DNA of 64,000 nt from Tagaea sp. (GTDB lineage: Bacteria; Pseudomonadota; Alphaproteobacteria; CACIAM-22H2), in the NCBI GenBank assembly GCA_965279525.1, contig CBDIIB010000005.1, positions 896,001 through 960,000 of the forward strand. The letters run 5' to 3'. A model generated the notes under the pieces. It worked only from the letters and a program-made list of their open reading frames with translations, did no database searches and was not told the DNA's origin. Of the stretch, positions 8,698 to 18,574 are shown piece after piece. The translations under genes were made by a program, and so were the position numbers. Positions within the stretch are counted from its first letter, which is position 1, and the number at the start of each line of letters is the position of its first letter.

Positions 8698-9311
8698 CCC
8701 AGCAGTTCGACACCGACCGTTTCTACGAATCCGAATTCGTCGAGCACCGCGCGGTCGCGGAAGCCACGCACCGCGCGCTCAAGAGCGAATTCGCCAGGCT
8801 GCTGGCGCAGGCCGTCGCGACGATCCGCAACGGCGGCAAGCTGATGTTCTTCGGCAACGGCGGCTCGGCGTCCGACGCGCAGCACCTCGCGACGGAGCTG
8901 ACCGTGCGCTACGTCAAGAACCGCCCGGCGCTCGCGGCCATCGCGCTGACGACCGACAGTTCGGCCCTGACCGCGATCGGCAACGACATCGGCTTCCACC
9001 GCCTGTTCTCCCGCCAGATCGAAGCGCTGGGCAAGCCGGGCGATCTCGTCGTGGGCATCACCACGTCGGGCGTGTCGCCCAACGTGCTCGAGGCCTTCAG
9101 GGTCGCGAAGAAGATGGGCATCGCCGTCGCCTGCCTCACCGGCAAGACCGGCGGCGAGGCGAAGGCGCTTGCCGACATCTGCCTGATCGTGCCGTCCGGC
9201 ACGACCGCGCGCATCCAGGAAATGCACATCACGCTGGGCCAGATGCTGTGCGGCGGGCTGGAGCTCGCACTCGGCATCGCCGACGGGCCGGACCCCTACG
9301 GCGCGCCATGA
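8694..9311 (+). CDS. gmhA: D-sedoheptulose 7-phosphate isomerase
   Basis: FGNGGSASDAQHLATEL; LTAIGND; FSRQIEALG; TTSGVSPNV; RIQEMH. Confidence 0.95.
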   Translation: MTQQFDTDRFYESEFVEHRAVAEATHRALKSEFARLLAQAVATIRNGGKLMFFGNGGSASDAQHLATELTVRYVKNRPALAAIALTTDSSALTAIGNDIGFHRLFSRQIEALGKPGDLVVGITTSGVSPNVLEAFRVAKKMGIAVACLTGKTGGEAKALADICLIVPSGTTARIQEMHITLGQMLCGGLELALGIADGPDPYGAP

Positions 9312-10771
9312 CCGTCTACGCCGAACTCGCGGCCCTCGTGCCGAAGCTCAAGGGTGCCCGCGTCGTGTGCGTGGGCGACCTGATGCTCGACCGTTTCGTC
9401 TACGGCACGGCCGAGCGCATCTCGCCCGAAGCGCCGATCCCGGTCGTGCGCATCGAGCGCGAGGAATCGATGCTCGGCGGTGCGGGCAACGTCGTGCGCA
9501 ACATCGTCGGGCTTGGCGGCGAGGTCGAGTTCGTCTCGGTCGTCGGCCAGGACCAGGCGGGGCGCGAGGTGCTCGGCCTCGTGGGCGAACTCGACGGCGT
9601 CGAGCCGCACCTGCTCGTCGAGCGCAACCGCGTGACGACGATCAAGACGCGCTTCATCGCGGGCCACCAGCAGATGCTGCGCGCCGACAGCGAGACCGAT
9701 GTCCCCGTCGCCGACCCGATCGCGGAAGATGCCGCACGCCTGGTCTGCCAGGCGATGAAGAGCTGCACCGTCGTCGCCATCTCGGATTATGCCAAGGGCC
9801 TGCTGATCCCGCGCGAGATCGCCACGATCATCCACGCGGCCAAGGCCGCCAAGCGCACCGTCATCGTCGATCCCAAGGGGCGCGACTATTCGCGCTACAA
9901 GGGCGCGACGATCCTGACGCCCAACCAGCGCGAGCTTGCCGACGCCGCCCAGATGCCCGCCGACGACGACCGCGGCGTCGAGCTTGCGGCCAAGAAGATC
10001 CTGAAGATCACCGAGGCGCAGGCCATCGTCGTCACGCGCGGCGCCGACGGCATGAGCGTGGTGCCCGCCAAGGGCAAGGCGCTGCACCTGCCCGCCCTCG
10101 CGCGCGAGGTCTACGACGTGTCGGGTGCCGGCGACACGGTCGTCGCCACGCTCGCCACCGCCCTTGCCGGTGGCCTCAGCCTCGAACAGGCGGCACGCCT
10201 CGCGTCGGTCGCGGCCAGCGTCGTCGTCGCCAAGGTGGGCACGGCCGTCGCCTACTCGGCCGACCTGCTGCGGGCACTCCGCCACGACGACATCGCGACG
10301 GGCGAGCACAAGGTCGTCACGCTCGAACAGGCGATCGACGAAGTCGGCCGCTGGCGCCATCAGGGCCTCAAGATCGGCTTCACCAACGGCTGCTTCGACC
10401 TGCTGCATCCGGGCCATGTCTCGCTGATCGGCCAGGCGCGCGCCGCATGCGACCGCCTCGTCGTCGGCCTCAATTCCGACGCGTCGGTCAAGCGCCTCAA
10501 GGGGCCGAACCGCCCCGTGCAGGGCGAAGCCGCGCGCGCCTCGGTCATCGGCTCGCTCGGCCATGTCGATCTCGTCGTGATCTATGCCGAGGACACGCCG
10601 ATGGAAACGCTGAACGCGCTGAAGCCCGACGTGCTCGTCAAGGGTGCGGACTACACCAAGGACAAGGTCGTGGGCGCCAGGGAAGTGGAAGGCTGGGGCG
10701 GGCGCGTCGTGCTCGCCAAGCTCGTCGCCGGCCAGAGCACGACCGCGACCATCGGGAAGATGGCGAAGTAG
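9308..10771 (+). CDS. hldE: Bifunctional heptose 7-phosphate kinase / heptose 1-phosphate adenylyltransferase
   Basis: VGDLMLDRFVYG; RISPEAPIPV; GGAGNV; DVSGAGDTV; FTNGCFDLLHPGH; GLNSDASV; LVKGADY. Confidence 0.96.
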   Translation: MTVYAELAALVPKLKGARVVCVGDLMLDRFVYGTAERISPEAPIPVVRIEREESMLGGAGNVVRNIVGLGGEVEFVSVVGQDQAGREVLGLVGELDGVEPHLLVERNRVTTIKTRFIAGHQQMLRADSETDVPVADPIAEDAARLVCQAMKSCTVVAISDYAKGLLIPREIATIIHAAKAAKRTVIVDPKGRDYSRYKGATILTPNQRELADAAQMPADDDRGVELAAKKILKITEAQAIVVTRGADGMSVVPAKGKALHLPALAREVYDVSGAGDTVVATLATALAGGLSLEQAARLASVAASVVVAKVGTAVAYSADLLRALRHDDIATGEHKVVTLEQAIDEVGRWRHQGLKIGFTNGCFDLLHPGHVSLIGQARAACDRLVVGLNSDASVKRLKGPNRPVQGEAARASVIGSLGHVDLVVIYAEDTPMETLNALKPDVLVKGADYTKDKVVGAREVEGWGGRVVLAKLVAGQSTTATIGKMAK

Positions 10772-10772
10772 C

Positions 10773-11927
10773 CTAGCGCCTGGTCAGCGCCAGCGCGACG
10801 AATGCGCCGATCAGCAGCGCGCCCCAGACGCGGATCATCATGTCGGCGGGCAGCGACAGCAGCGTCGGCGCCAGATAGACGATCGCGCCCACGCCACCGG
10901 AAATCGCGGACAGGTTTGACCGCACGCGGCCGAGAATGTCCTTTTCGCATATCGCGATGAAGCGGCTGTCCGACAGCACCTTGGCAAGCGAGAAGAAGAC
11001 GCCCAATCCCGCACAGGCCGCGAGGATCGTCGGCGCATCCGGCGCAAAGGAAAGTGCGACGAGTGCCGCTCCGAGTCCGCACACGCCCGCGACCGCGACG
11101 GTCTCGCGCGGCTGACCACGGCGCAGGTAGCGCGCGAGCCCCAGCGCCGTCACGAACGCGCCGACGGACCAGAGCGCGTCGCCGGCACCGTAGACCTGCG
11201 CGCCAAAGCCTTTCTGCTTGGCCAGTCCGGCAAGCGCGGCGTTGACCATCTGGCCGGCGGACCATGCTGCGACGCCGACAGCGCCCGTGCGCAGGATGTC
11301 GGCGCGCCCGAGATACCGGAAGCCGGCCACCATGTCGGCGAAGTAGTTCCGCCGCGCGCCCGGCGCCGGACGATGCGACGGCAGGGCGAAACGCACCACG
11401 ACGCCGCCGGCAAGTGCGACGCAGATCGACAAGACGAAGACGGCCTGCGGGCCGGACGTGGCGACAAGCACGCCCGAAATCCCGGCGCCGCCCACGAGGC
11501 CGATCTGGCGCAGCAGATTGCGCACGGCAGCCACCTGCGGCAGTTCGTCCGGCAACGAGATGCGCTGGAGCATCGCTTCGAGGGACGGGCCTTGTGCGGC
11601 ACCCCCCACGCTCAGCAGGAACATCACGAGATAGAACGCCGCCGGTCCGGTTGCTGGCGCCGTCGCGAGAAGGCCGAGCGCCAGCGCGCATATGCACGCA
11701 CCGATCAGGAACGAGTCGCGTCGATCAAAGCGATCGACGAGCACGCCGACGAAGGGGCCGACGAACAGGTTCGTCAGGTTGCCGACCAGAAAGACGATGC
11801 CCACCGCCTCGTAGCCGCCGCTCGTCTCGAGAGCCGTCCACGCAAGTGCCACCAGTGCGGCACCGACCACGAAATTCTGCGCCAACGCGCCCGTCGCGAA
11901 GGCAAGTGTTTCGGAATCCAACCGCAT
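10773..11927 (-). CDS. MFS transporter
   Basis: About 12 hydrophobic segments; GVLVDRFDRR (MFS motif A); convergent with hldE. Confidence 0.85.
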   Translation of the reverse strand: MRLDSETLAFATGALAQNFVVGAALVALAWTALETSGGYEAVGIVFLVGNLTNLFVGPFVGVLVDRFDRRDSFLIGACICALALGLLATAPATGPAAFYLVMFLLSVGGAAQGPSLEAMLQRISLPDELPQVAAVRNLLRQIGLVGGAGISGVLVATSGPQAVFVLSICVALAGGVVVRFALPSHRPAPGARRNYFADMVAGFRYLGRADILRTGAVGVAAWSAGQMVNAALAGLAKQKGFGAQVYGAGDALWSVGAFVTALGLARYLRRGQPRETVAVAGVCGLGAALVALSFAPDAPTILAACAGLGVFFSLAKVLSDSRFIAICEKDILGRVRSNLSAISGGVGAIVYLAPTLLSLPADMMIRVWGALLIGAFVALALTRR

Positions 11928-12034
11928 CTGGGGAATGCCGCGCTTTAGAGGAAGCTATCGTGTCGCGCACAATTCCCACGCCAGTGGCGGCGCGTAAATC
12001 CGTACAATCGTAAACGGAACCGGCGGCGTGAAGC

Positions 12035-13294
12035 CTAGCGTGTCAGCATGCGCCGGCGGGCCGGGGCGGGCTGGTTGCGCGGCAGCCAGCGCGCCATCAG
12101 GCGTTCGACATTCTCGAGCCCGTCGAGCAGGCCCGGAATGACCGCCGCCGACGGCGGGTTCTGGTCGGCCAATGCGCGCAGCGCCTCGACCATCTTGCCG
12201 GTATCGCGGATGCCGTCGTCGGGTAGCATGCGCGTCAGGCCCACATATTCCGCACGCTCGGCGCGGATGTACTGCTCGAGACGCGGCGCGATGCGCGGCA
12301 CGATGACCGCCGGCTTGTCGAAGGACAGGATCTCGCAGAACGTGTTGTAGCCGCCCATCGCCACGACGCCTGCGGCACGCGTGATCAGCTGCTCGAGATG
12401 CGCGTCGAACGTGATCGCCTCGACATGCTTTCCGATCCGCGCCGCGCGTTCGATGAATTCCGACTGCTTTTCCGACTGCATGAAGGGCCCGAGCACCAGC
12501 AGGGCGCGGTGCGGGAGTTCGGCGCCGCTCTCGTAGGCCCTCAGGACCCAGTCGATCAGCGCGTCGCCGTCGCCGCCGCCGCCGGTCGTCACCAGCACGT
12601 AGGGCTGCTCGCGCGCCTGGGCGTGCTCGACCGTCGAGCGCGGGTTGCCCTGCGGGATCACGCGCTTCAGGTAGCCCGTGTAGCTCATCTTCTTGCGCAC
12701 CGACTGCGGGATGACGAGGCCGGCGAGCGGGTCGCAGATCTGCGGCAGGCCGTAGACCCAGATGTCGTCGTAGAGTTCGCGCAAGGCCGGCAGCGCCTTC
12801 TTGCGCCGCCATTCGGGCTCGAGCAGGGCCGGATCATCCATCACGTCGCGCAGGCCGAGCACGAGCGGCACGCCGCGCCGCTTGAGGAAATGCAGCGTCT
12901 CGGCGACCTCGCCGCGCAGGCCCAGCGGCTCCTTGTCGACGATGAACAGGTCGGGGTCGAACGCTTCGGCCGTGTGGCGGATGATCGAGGCGCGGATCGC
13001 CAGCGTCTGGGCGATGTCGATATGCAGGTTGAGCGAGGTGTATTCGCCGTTGCGCAGCTTGATGACGCCCGGGATGCGCACGAAATCGACGCGCGCCTTG
13101 AAATCGAACGAACCGATGATCGGCGAGCCCGACAGGATCAGCACCGAGAGGTCCTTGTCGGCCTCGACCAGCGCATGCGCGATCGTGCGGCAGCGGCGCA
13201 GATGCCCGAGTCCCATCGTGTCGTGGCTGTAAATCAGCACACGCCGGTCGGTGCGGAGCGCCCGCTTGGCGCCGTTTCGACCCCCGATTTCCAC
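12035..13294 (-). CDS. Predicted glycosyltransferase (COG4671 / GT28 C-terminal type)
   Basis: VLIYSHDTMGLGHLRR; FIVDKEPLG; LVTTGGGGDG; AMGGYNTFCEI; EQYIRA. GTG start at 13294 after GGAG. Confidence 0.85.
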   Translation of the reverse strand: MEIGGRNGAKRALRTDRRVLIYSHDTMGLGHLRRCRTIAHALVEADKDLSVLILSGSPIIGSFDFKARVDFVRIPGVIKLRNGEYTSLNLHIDIAQTLAIRASIIRHTAEAFDPDLFIVDKEPLGLRGEVAETLHFLKRRGVPLVLGLRDVMDDPALLEPEWRRKKALPALRELYDDIWVYGLPQICDPLAGLVIPQSVRKKMSYTGYLKRVIPQGNPRSTVEHAQAREQPYVLVTTGGGGDGDALIDWVLRAYESGAELPHRALLVLGPFMQSEKQSEFIERAARIGKHVEAITFDAHLEQLITRAAGVVAMGGYNTFCEILSFDKPAVIVPRIAPRLEQYIRAERAEYVGLTRMLPDDGIRDTGKMVEALRALADQNPPSAAVIPGLLDGLENVERLMARWLPRNQPAPARRRMLTR

Positions 13295-13566
13295 GACCGG
13301 ACTCCGTTGTGTCGGCCTGTTCGGCCCCCTGATTCCGACGAACACTAGGGGGATTGGGGGTCCCAAGCCAAGCTACGTTTCAAGGATCGAAATTTCACTT
13401 ATCAATCAATAGATAGCACCGACACCCCGGCCGCTACAGGTTGACCGGTGGTGTACAAAATTTAAGCGAATTGCCTGTCGGGGGCCGATCCGGGGACCGC
13501 TTGCCGGCCGCGCGCGCGGGCAGCTAATCTCGCGCCTTCGACTTCGAGCCGGGGGAACGCGCGAAC

Positions 13567-16257
13567 GTGGCGTCTGGGGCGGACGAGGGACTCGACCGGT
13601 CGATCTACCGGTACGTGCTCCGGTTTTCGATCAAGGACACGGTGAAGATCTGCGCCCTCGTGGCGGCGGCGCAGCTCTTCTATTACGTGTCGCTCGACCT
13701 GCCCAAGAACATCATGAACCAGGGCATCCAGGGCAAGGGCATCCAGTTCCCCGTGGATCTGGCAGGGCTGGGCTGGTTCAAGGCCGACCAGATCGGCTAC
13801 CTGCTGTGGCTTTGCGCGCTGTTCTTCGTCGCGATCCTGATAAACGGCGGCCTCAAGCAGTACGTCAATTCGATGAAGGGGAAACTCGGCGAGCGCCTGC
13901 TGCGCCGGCTGCGCTTCCAGCTGATGGCGCGCATCCTGCGCTTCCCGGTCCCGCATTTCCGCAAGACCTCGTCGGGCGAGCTGATCCCGATGCTGACGGC
14001 CGAGGTCGAGCAGATCGGCGGCTTCATGGGCGACGCGTTCGTCCAGCCGCTGATGCAGGCCGGCATGCTGCTGACGATCTCGATCTTCCTGTTCGTGCAG
14101 AACCCGCTGATGGGCCTTGCGGCCGTCTCGCTGTTTCCGCTGCAGGCCTACATCGTGCCCAAGCTCCAGAAGAAGGTGAAGGCGCTGGGCAAGGAGCGCG
14201 TCAAGGCGGTGCGCAAGATCTCCGAGCGCATCGGCGAGACGGTCGGTGGCATCCAGGAGGTGCGCACGCTGGGCACGGCCGCATGGGAACGCGCGGACTA
14301 TACCGAGCGCTTCGGTCTCGTCTACCGCATCCGCTACGACATCTACCAGCGCAAGTCGCTGGTGAAGTTCATCAACAACACGCTGAATCAGGGCGCCCCG
14401 CTGCTGTTCTACGGCATCGGCGGCTATCTGGTGATCAACGGCGGGCTGACGCTGGGCGCCCTCGTCGCGGCGCTCGCCGCGCACAAGGACATGACCGCGC
14501 CGTGGAAGGAACTGCTCGACTACTACCAGCAGTCCCAGGACGCGCAGCAGAAATACGAACAGGTCATCGAGCAGTTCCAGCCCGAGAGCATGCTGCCGGC
14601 CGGCCTGCATGCACCTGCAGACGCGGACGCGCCGCGGCTCGACGGGCCGATTGTCGCGTCGGCGCTGAGCGTGCAGGAAGACGCGCAGACCAAGCTGCTC
14701 GAAGGCGTCAATTTCACGATCGCGCCGGGCGAGCATGTCGCCGTCGTCGGGCCGCCGGGCGGCGGGCGCGAGGCGCTGGTGCAGACGCTGGCCCGCCTCT
14801 ATTTGCCCACCGGCGGCACCCTGCGCATCGGCGAGCGCGACGTGACCACGATCGGGGATGCCGACCTTGGCGCCCGGCTCGCCTATGTCGGTCCTAACGC
14901 CTATGTCTTCTCGGCCAGCGTGCGCGACAATCTCGCCTACGGCCTGCGCCAGCGCGTGCTGTCGCCCACCGAGGATGCGGCGCGCCAGGCCCTGCTGGTC
15001 GAGGCCGAACGCGCCGGCAACCTGCCGCTCGACGTCGAGGCGCAGTGGGTCGACTACGGACAGGCCGGGGCGAAGGACGCCGCCGACTTCGACCGCGTGG
15101 CGGCCGAAATGCTGACGCGCGTCGATCTCGCCGAGGACGTCTTCCAGCTCGGTCTGCGCGGACGCATCGACCCCAAGCGCAAGCAGGCGGTCGCCGACGC
15201 GATCCTCGCCGCGCGCGCGGCGTTCCGCCAGCGTCTGGCCGGCAGCCAGGCCGATCCGGCGCTGAAAGGCCTGATCGAGACGTTCGATCCCGAGCGCTAC
15301 AACGACAACGCTTCGCTGGGCGAGAACCTGCTGTTCGGTACCCCGCTCGATCCGAGCTTCGAGGGCGACGCGCTCGCCACCCAGCCCGATTTCCTCGCCG
15401 TCCTTCGCGCGAACGGCCTCGAGCCCGAACTCGTGACGATGGGCCGCAAGGTCGCCGAGACGATGGTCGAGCTGTTCGCGGGCCTGCCGGCGGGCCACGA
15501 GTTCTTCGACCGCTTCAGTTTCATCGCCGCCGACGACCTGCCGGTCTATCAGGCGATCCTGACGCGCACCGTGCCGCTGGCCGACGGCGCGCTGCCCGAG
15601 ATGGCCGACGACGACCGCGCGCGCCTGCTGAGCCTGCCGCTCAAGCTCGTCGACGCGCGCCACCGCCTCGGCCTCATCGACAAGGAATTCAAGGCGCGGG
15701 CCCTCGCCGCGCGCAAGGCGCTGCAGGCGGGCCTTCCCGACGGCGCGCGCGCCAAGATCGCCTTCTTCGATCCCGAGCGCTACAACGCCGCCGCGTCGAT
15801 CCAGGACAACATCCTGTTCGGCCGCGTCGCCTACGGGCAGGCCAAGGCGCAGGCGAAGGTCGGCCAGACGATCCGCGAAGTGCTCGACGCGCTCGCGCTG
15901 CGCGAACGCGTGTTCGAGATCGGCCTCGATTTCCAGACCGGCGTGGCCGGGTCGCGCCTGTCGGCCCCGCAGCGCCAGAAGCTCGCCATCGCGCGCGCAC
16001 TCGCCAAGCGGCCCGACATCCTGGTGATGAACGACGCGATCGCCGCCCTCGACCGTTCCGCGCAGTCCCGCGTGCTCGATGCGGTCATCCTCGCCGCGCG
16101 CGGCACGACGCTGGTCTGGGCCACGCAGGACGCGGCCAGCGTGCCGCGCTTCGCGCGCGCACTCGTCTTCGCCGACGGCCGACTCGTCCAGGACGGGCCG
16201 GTCGACGACCTCAAGGCCCGCGAGGGCATGCTCAAGGAAATGCTGGCCGCCGAGTAG
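13567..16257 (+). CDS. ABC transporter fused permease/ATP-binding protein with expanded, degenerate NBD
   Basis: ABC membrane domain in roughly the first 340 aa; Walker A GPPGGGRE; signature LSAPQRQKLAIARAL; Walker B ILVMND; roughly 300-aa internal expansion. Confidence 0.88.
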   Translation: MASGADEGLDRSIYRYVLRFSIKDTVKICALVAAAQLFYYVSLDLPKNIMNQGIQGKGIQFPVDLAGLGWFKADQIGYLLWLCALFFVAILINGGLKQYVNSMKGKLGERLLRRLRFQLMARILRFPVPHFRKTSSGELIPMLTAEVEQIGGFMGDAFVQPLMQAGMLLTISIFLFVQNPLMGLAAVSLFPLQAYIVPKLQKKVKALGKERVKAVRKISERIGETVGGIQEVRTLGTAAWERADYTERFGLVYRIRYDIYQRKSLVKFINNTLNQGAPLLFYGIGGYLVINGGLTLGALVAALAAHKDMTAPWKELLDYYQQSQDAQQKYEQVIEQFQPESMLPAGLHAPADADAPRLDGPIVASALSVQEDAQTKLLEGVNFTIAPGEHVAVVGPPGGGREALVQTLARLYLPTGGTLRIGERDVTTIGDADLGARLAYVGPNAYVFSASVRDNLAYGLRQRVLSPTEDAARQALLVEAERAGNLPLDVEAQWVDYGQAGAKDAADFDRVAAEMLTRVDLAEDVFQLGLRGRIDPKRKQAVADAILAARAAFRQRLAGSQADPALKGLIETFDPERYNDNASLGENLLFGTPLDPSFEGDALATQPDFLAVLRANGLEPELVTMGRKVAETMVELFAGLPAGHEFFDRFSFIAADDLPVYQAILTRTVPLADGALPEMADDDRARLLSLPLKLVDARHRLGLIDKEFKARALAARKALQAGLPDGARAKIAFFDPERYNAAASIQDNILFGRVAYGQAKAQAKVGQTIREVLDALALRERVFEIGLDFQTGVAGSRLSAPQRQKLAIARALAKRPDILVMNDAIAALDRSAQSRVLDAVILAARGTTLVWATQDAASVPRFARALVFADGRLVQDGPVDDLKAREGMLKEMLAAE

Positions 16258-16278
16258 GAACGAAGGAAGGCACGCCTC

Positions 16279-16737
16279 ATGTCGCTCAAGGAAGAAACCG
16301 ACGCGCTCAAGCGCATCCCGCTCTTCGCCAATCTCGATCCGGCGAAGCTGAAGCTGCTCGCCTTCATGAGCCAGCGCCTTGCCTTCGAGCCGGGACACGC
16401 GGTGTTCGCCCAAGGGGACGCGGGCGACGCCGCCTATATCGTGCTCGACGGCGAAGCGGTCATCTCGATCGACACGCCCAAAGGAATGATCGAGATCGCG
16501 CGCATGGGCCGCAACGAGATCCTGGGCGAAATCGCGATCCTGTGCGACGTGCCGCGCACGGCGCACGTGACCGCCGCCACCGACAAGAATCTCGTCTGCC
16601 TGAAGATCGAGAAGAACGACTTCATGGGCCTGATCAACGAGTTCCCGTCGATGGCCGTCGAGATCATGCGCGAACTTGCCCGGCGCATCGTCAATACCAA
16701 CCAGCAGCTCCGCCAGGCCGTCGCCGCGAAGGGCTGA
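16279..16737 (+). CDS. Stand-alone cyclic nucleotide-binding domain protein
   Basis: LKRIPLFANL; VFAQGDAGDAAYIVLDG; GEIAILCDVPRTAHV (phosphate-binding cassette); no HTH. Confidence 0.92.
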   Translation: MSLKEETDALKRIPLFANLDPAKLKLLAFMSQRLAFEPGHAVFAQGDAGDAAYIVLDGEAVISIDTPKGMIEIARMGRNEILGEIAILCDVPRTAHVTAATDKNLVCLKIEKNDFMGLINEFPSMAVEIMRELARRIVNTNQQLRQAVAAKG

Positions 16738-17592
16738 TCAGACCGCGAGGTCGACCGCCACGGGCACGTGGTCGGAGGGCTGGGTCCAGTCGCGGGCACC
16801 GCGCAGGATGTGGAAACCCTTCACCTTGCCGGCGAGATCGGGCGTCACCCAGATATGGTCGAGCCGCCGGCCGCGATCCGACTTGCGCCAGTCGGAATTT
16901 CGATAGCTCCACCACGTATAAAGGCGCTGCGGCTCGGGATGGCGCAGGCGCGCGACATCGACCCAGTCGTGCGCGGCCCGCATCTTCGCCAGCCCCTCGA
17001 CCTCGACCGGCGTGTGGCTGACGACATCGAGAAGCTGCTTGTGGCTCCACACGTCGGTCTCCAAGGGCGCGATGTTGAGATCGCCCACCAGGATCGCCGG
17101 TCGGCCGCGCTTGCGCTTTTTCCACATGGCCGCCTGCGAGGCGACGAAATCGAGCTTGTGCTTGAACTTCGGATTGGCGGCCGGATCGGGAATGTCGCCG
17201 CCGGCGGGGATGTAGACGTCGTTGAGCTCGACGCCGCCGGGCAATCCGACGCGCAGATGCCGGCAATCCTCGAGACCGCAATGATGGTGCGGCGAATTCT
17301 CGGCAAGCGGCACGCGGCTCAGCACGGCCACGCCGTTATAGCTCTTCATGCCGTGGAAGGCCTGATGCGCGAAGCCCAGCGCCTTCAGCGCCTCGCCCGG
17401 AAAAACCTCATCCGGGCATTTGGTCTCCTGCAGGCACAGCACGTCGGGCCGCGCGAGGCCGATCAGCTTCTCGATCAACGGCAGGCGCAGGCGCACCGAG
17501 TTGATGTTCCATGTGACGAGCCGCAACGCGCCGCGCGGCGCCTTGGGCAGCGGTTCGGTGTCGAAATAGGGCAGCGGGGGCGTTTCGGTCAT
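16738..17592 (-). CDS. xth: Exodeoxyribonuclease III
   Basis: TWNINSVR; LCLQETK; YNGVA; GDLNIAP; YTWWSYR; RRLDHIW; PSDHVPV. Confidence 0.95.
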   Translation of the reverse strand: MTETPPLPYFDTEPLPKAPRGALRLVTWNINSVRLRLPLIEKLIGLARPDVLCLQETKCPDEVFPGEALKALGFAHQAFHGMKSYNGVAVLSRVPLAENSPHHHCGLEDCRHLRVGLPGGVELNDVYIPAGGDIPDPAANPKFKHKLDFVASQAAMWKKRKRGRPAILVGDLNIAPLETDVWSHKQLLDVVSHTPVEVEGLAKMRAAHDWVDVARLRHPEPQRLYTWWSYRNSDWRKSDRGRRLDHIWVTPDLAGKVKGFHILRGARDWTQPSDHVPVAVDLAV

Positions 17593-17602
17593 GGATGCCG
17601 AT

Positions 17603-18574
17603 CTAGCGCGATTCGCAAGCGGCCGCGAAGGATTTCAGCAGGCCGGCGCATGCGGCCTCCTCCTCGAACACCATCATGTGCGAGGCGCCGGCAAGCTCGG
17701 TGAGCTTCGCGTGCGGCACCTTCGCGGCCGCATCGGGCATCATCGCGGTGACGGTCACGCCCTGCGCAAGGCCGGCCGCGATGTCGCCCGCGACGAAATG
17801 CAGCGGCAGCGTTGCCGGGAACCGGTCGAGGGCCGGGAAATTGACGGGCCGCCCGCCCAGCGCCCGGAAGACCGCCGTTTCCACTGCCGGCGGACAGGCG
17901 AGCCGCCACGTGGCGCCGTCGGGGCGCAGCGTGGCGGCGGCATGCGCCGCGATCTGGTCGACACGGAAACGCTGGAAGATCTCGCGGCCTGTGATGTAGG
18001 CCGCAAGCTCGTCGGGACCGCCGGCGAATTCGTCGCGCCTTGCACTGGCGCGCGTCACGCGTTTCTTGTGGCGCGCGAGGCCGGCGTCGTGCAACGGATG
18101 GCCGGGCGGCGGGAAGAACGGCGGTTCGAACAGCATCATGCCTTTCAGGCCGAGAGCGGCGAACCGCGCGGGATGGAAGAGTGCCAGTCGCAGCATCGCC
18201 GCCCCGCACATCGAGTGGGCGCCGTAGACGAGCCGCCGGCCGGCCCAAGCACTCGCCGTGCGCGCGACGGCCTCGACATCGGCGGCCAGCGCATCGGGAT
18301 CGCAGAAGGCTTCGAGATCCTCGCTTGGTGCCGGCTGCGCCGATCCGCCCTGCCCGGCCGCGTCGAACGCGTAGATGTCGAGATCGGTTTCAAGTGCCGC
18401 GAACAGCGTGCGGTAGCTGCCGGCGGCGAACCCGTTTGCGTGGCCCCACAGCAACGCAGGCCGCGGACCGGCACCGGTGCCGCGCCAGCGATAGAGCCGG
18501 ATCGGCCGGCCGCCATGGCCGGCTACGCTGCGGCACTCGGCCAGCGCGTCGGGCAGCGAGACAAAGCCGGTCAT
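17603..18574 (-). CDS. Alpha/beta fold hydrolase
   Basis: WGHANGF; FDAAGQGGS; AHSMCG nucleophile elbow; LFEP; GASHM. ATGA overlap with the upstream gene. Confidence 0.85.
   Translation of the reverse strand: MTGFVSLPDALAECRSVAGHGGRPIRLYRWRGTGAGPRPALLWGHANGFAAGSYRTLFAALETDLDIYAFDAAGQGGSAQPAPSEDLEAFCDPDALAADVEAVARTASAWAGRRLVYGAHSMCGAAMLRLALFHPARFAALGLKGMMLFEPPFFPPPGHPLHDAGLARHKKRVTRASARRDEFAGGPDELAAYITGREIFQRFRVDQIAAHAAATLRPDGATWRLACPPAVETAVFRALGGRPVNFPALDRFPATLPLHFVAGDIAAGLAQGVTVTAMMPDAAAKVPHAKLTELAGASHMMVFEEEAACAGLLKSFAAACESR

Noticed and set aside
13462-16566. Very long alternative ORFs (also 24040..27672, 47224..50589, 50520..53474, 39406..41691, 60967..63045)
   Set aside because: Antisense to well-supported genes; produced by codon bias that avoids stops on the opposite strand.
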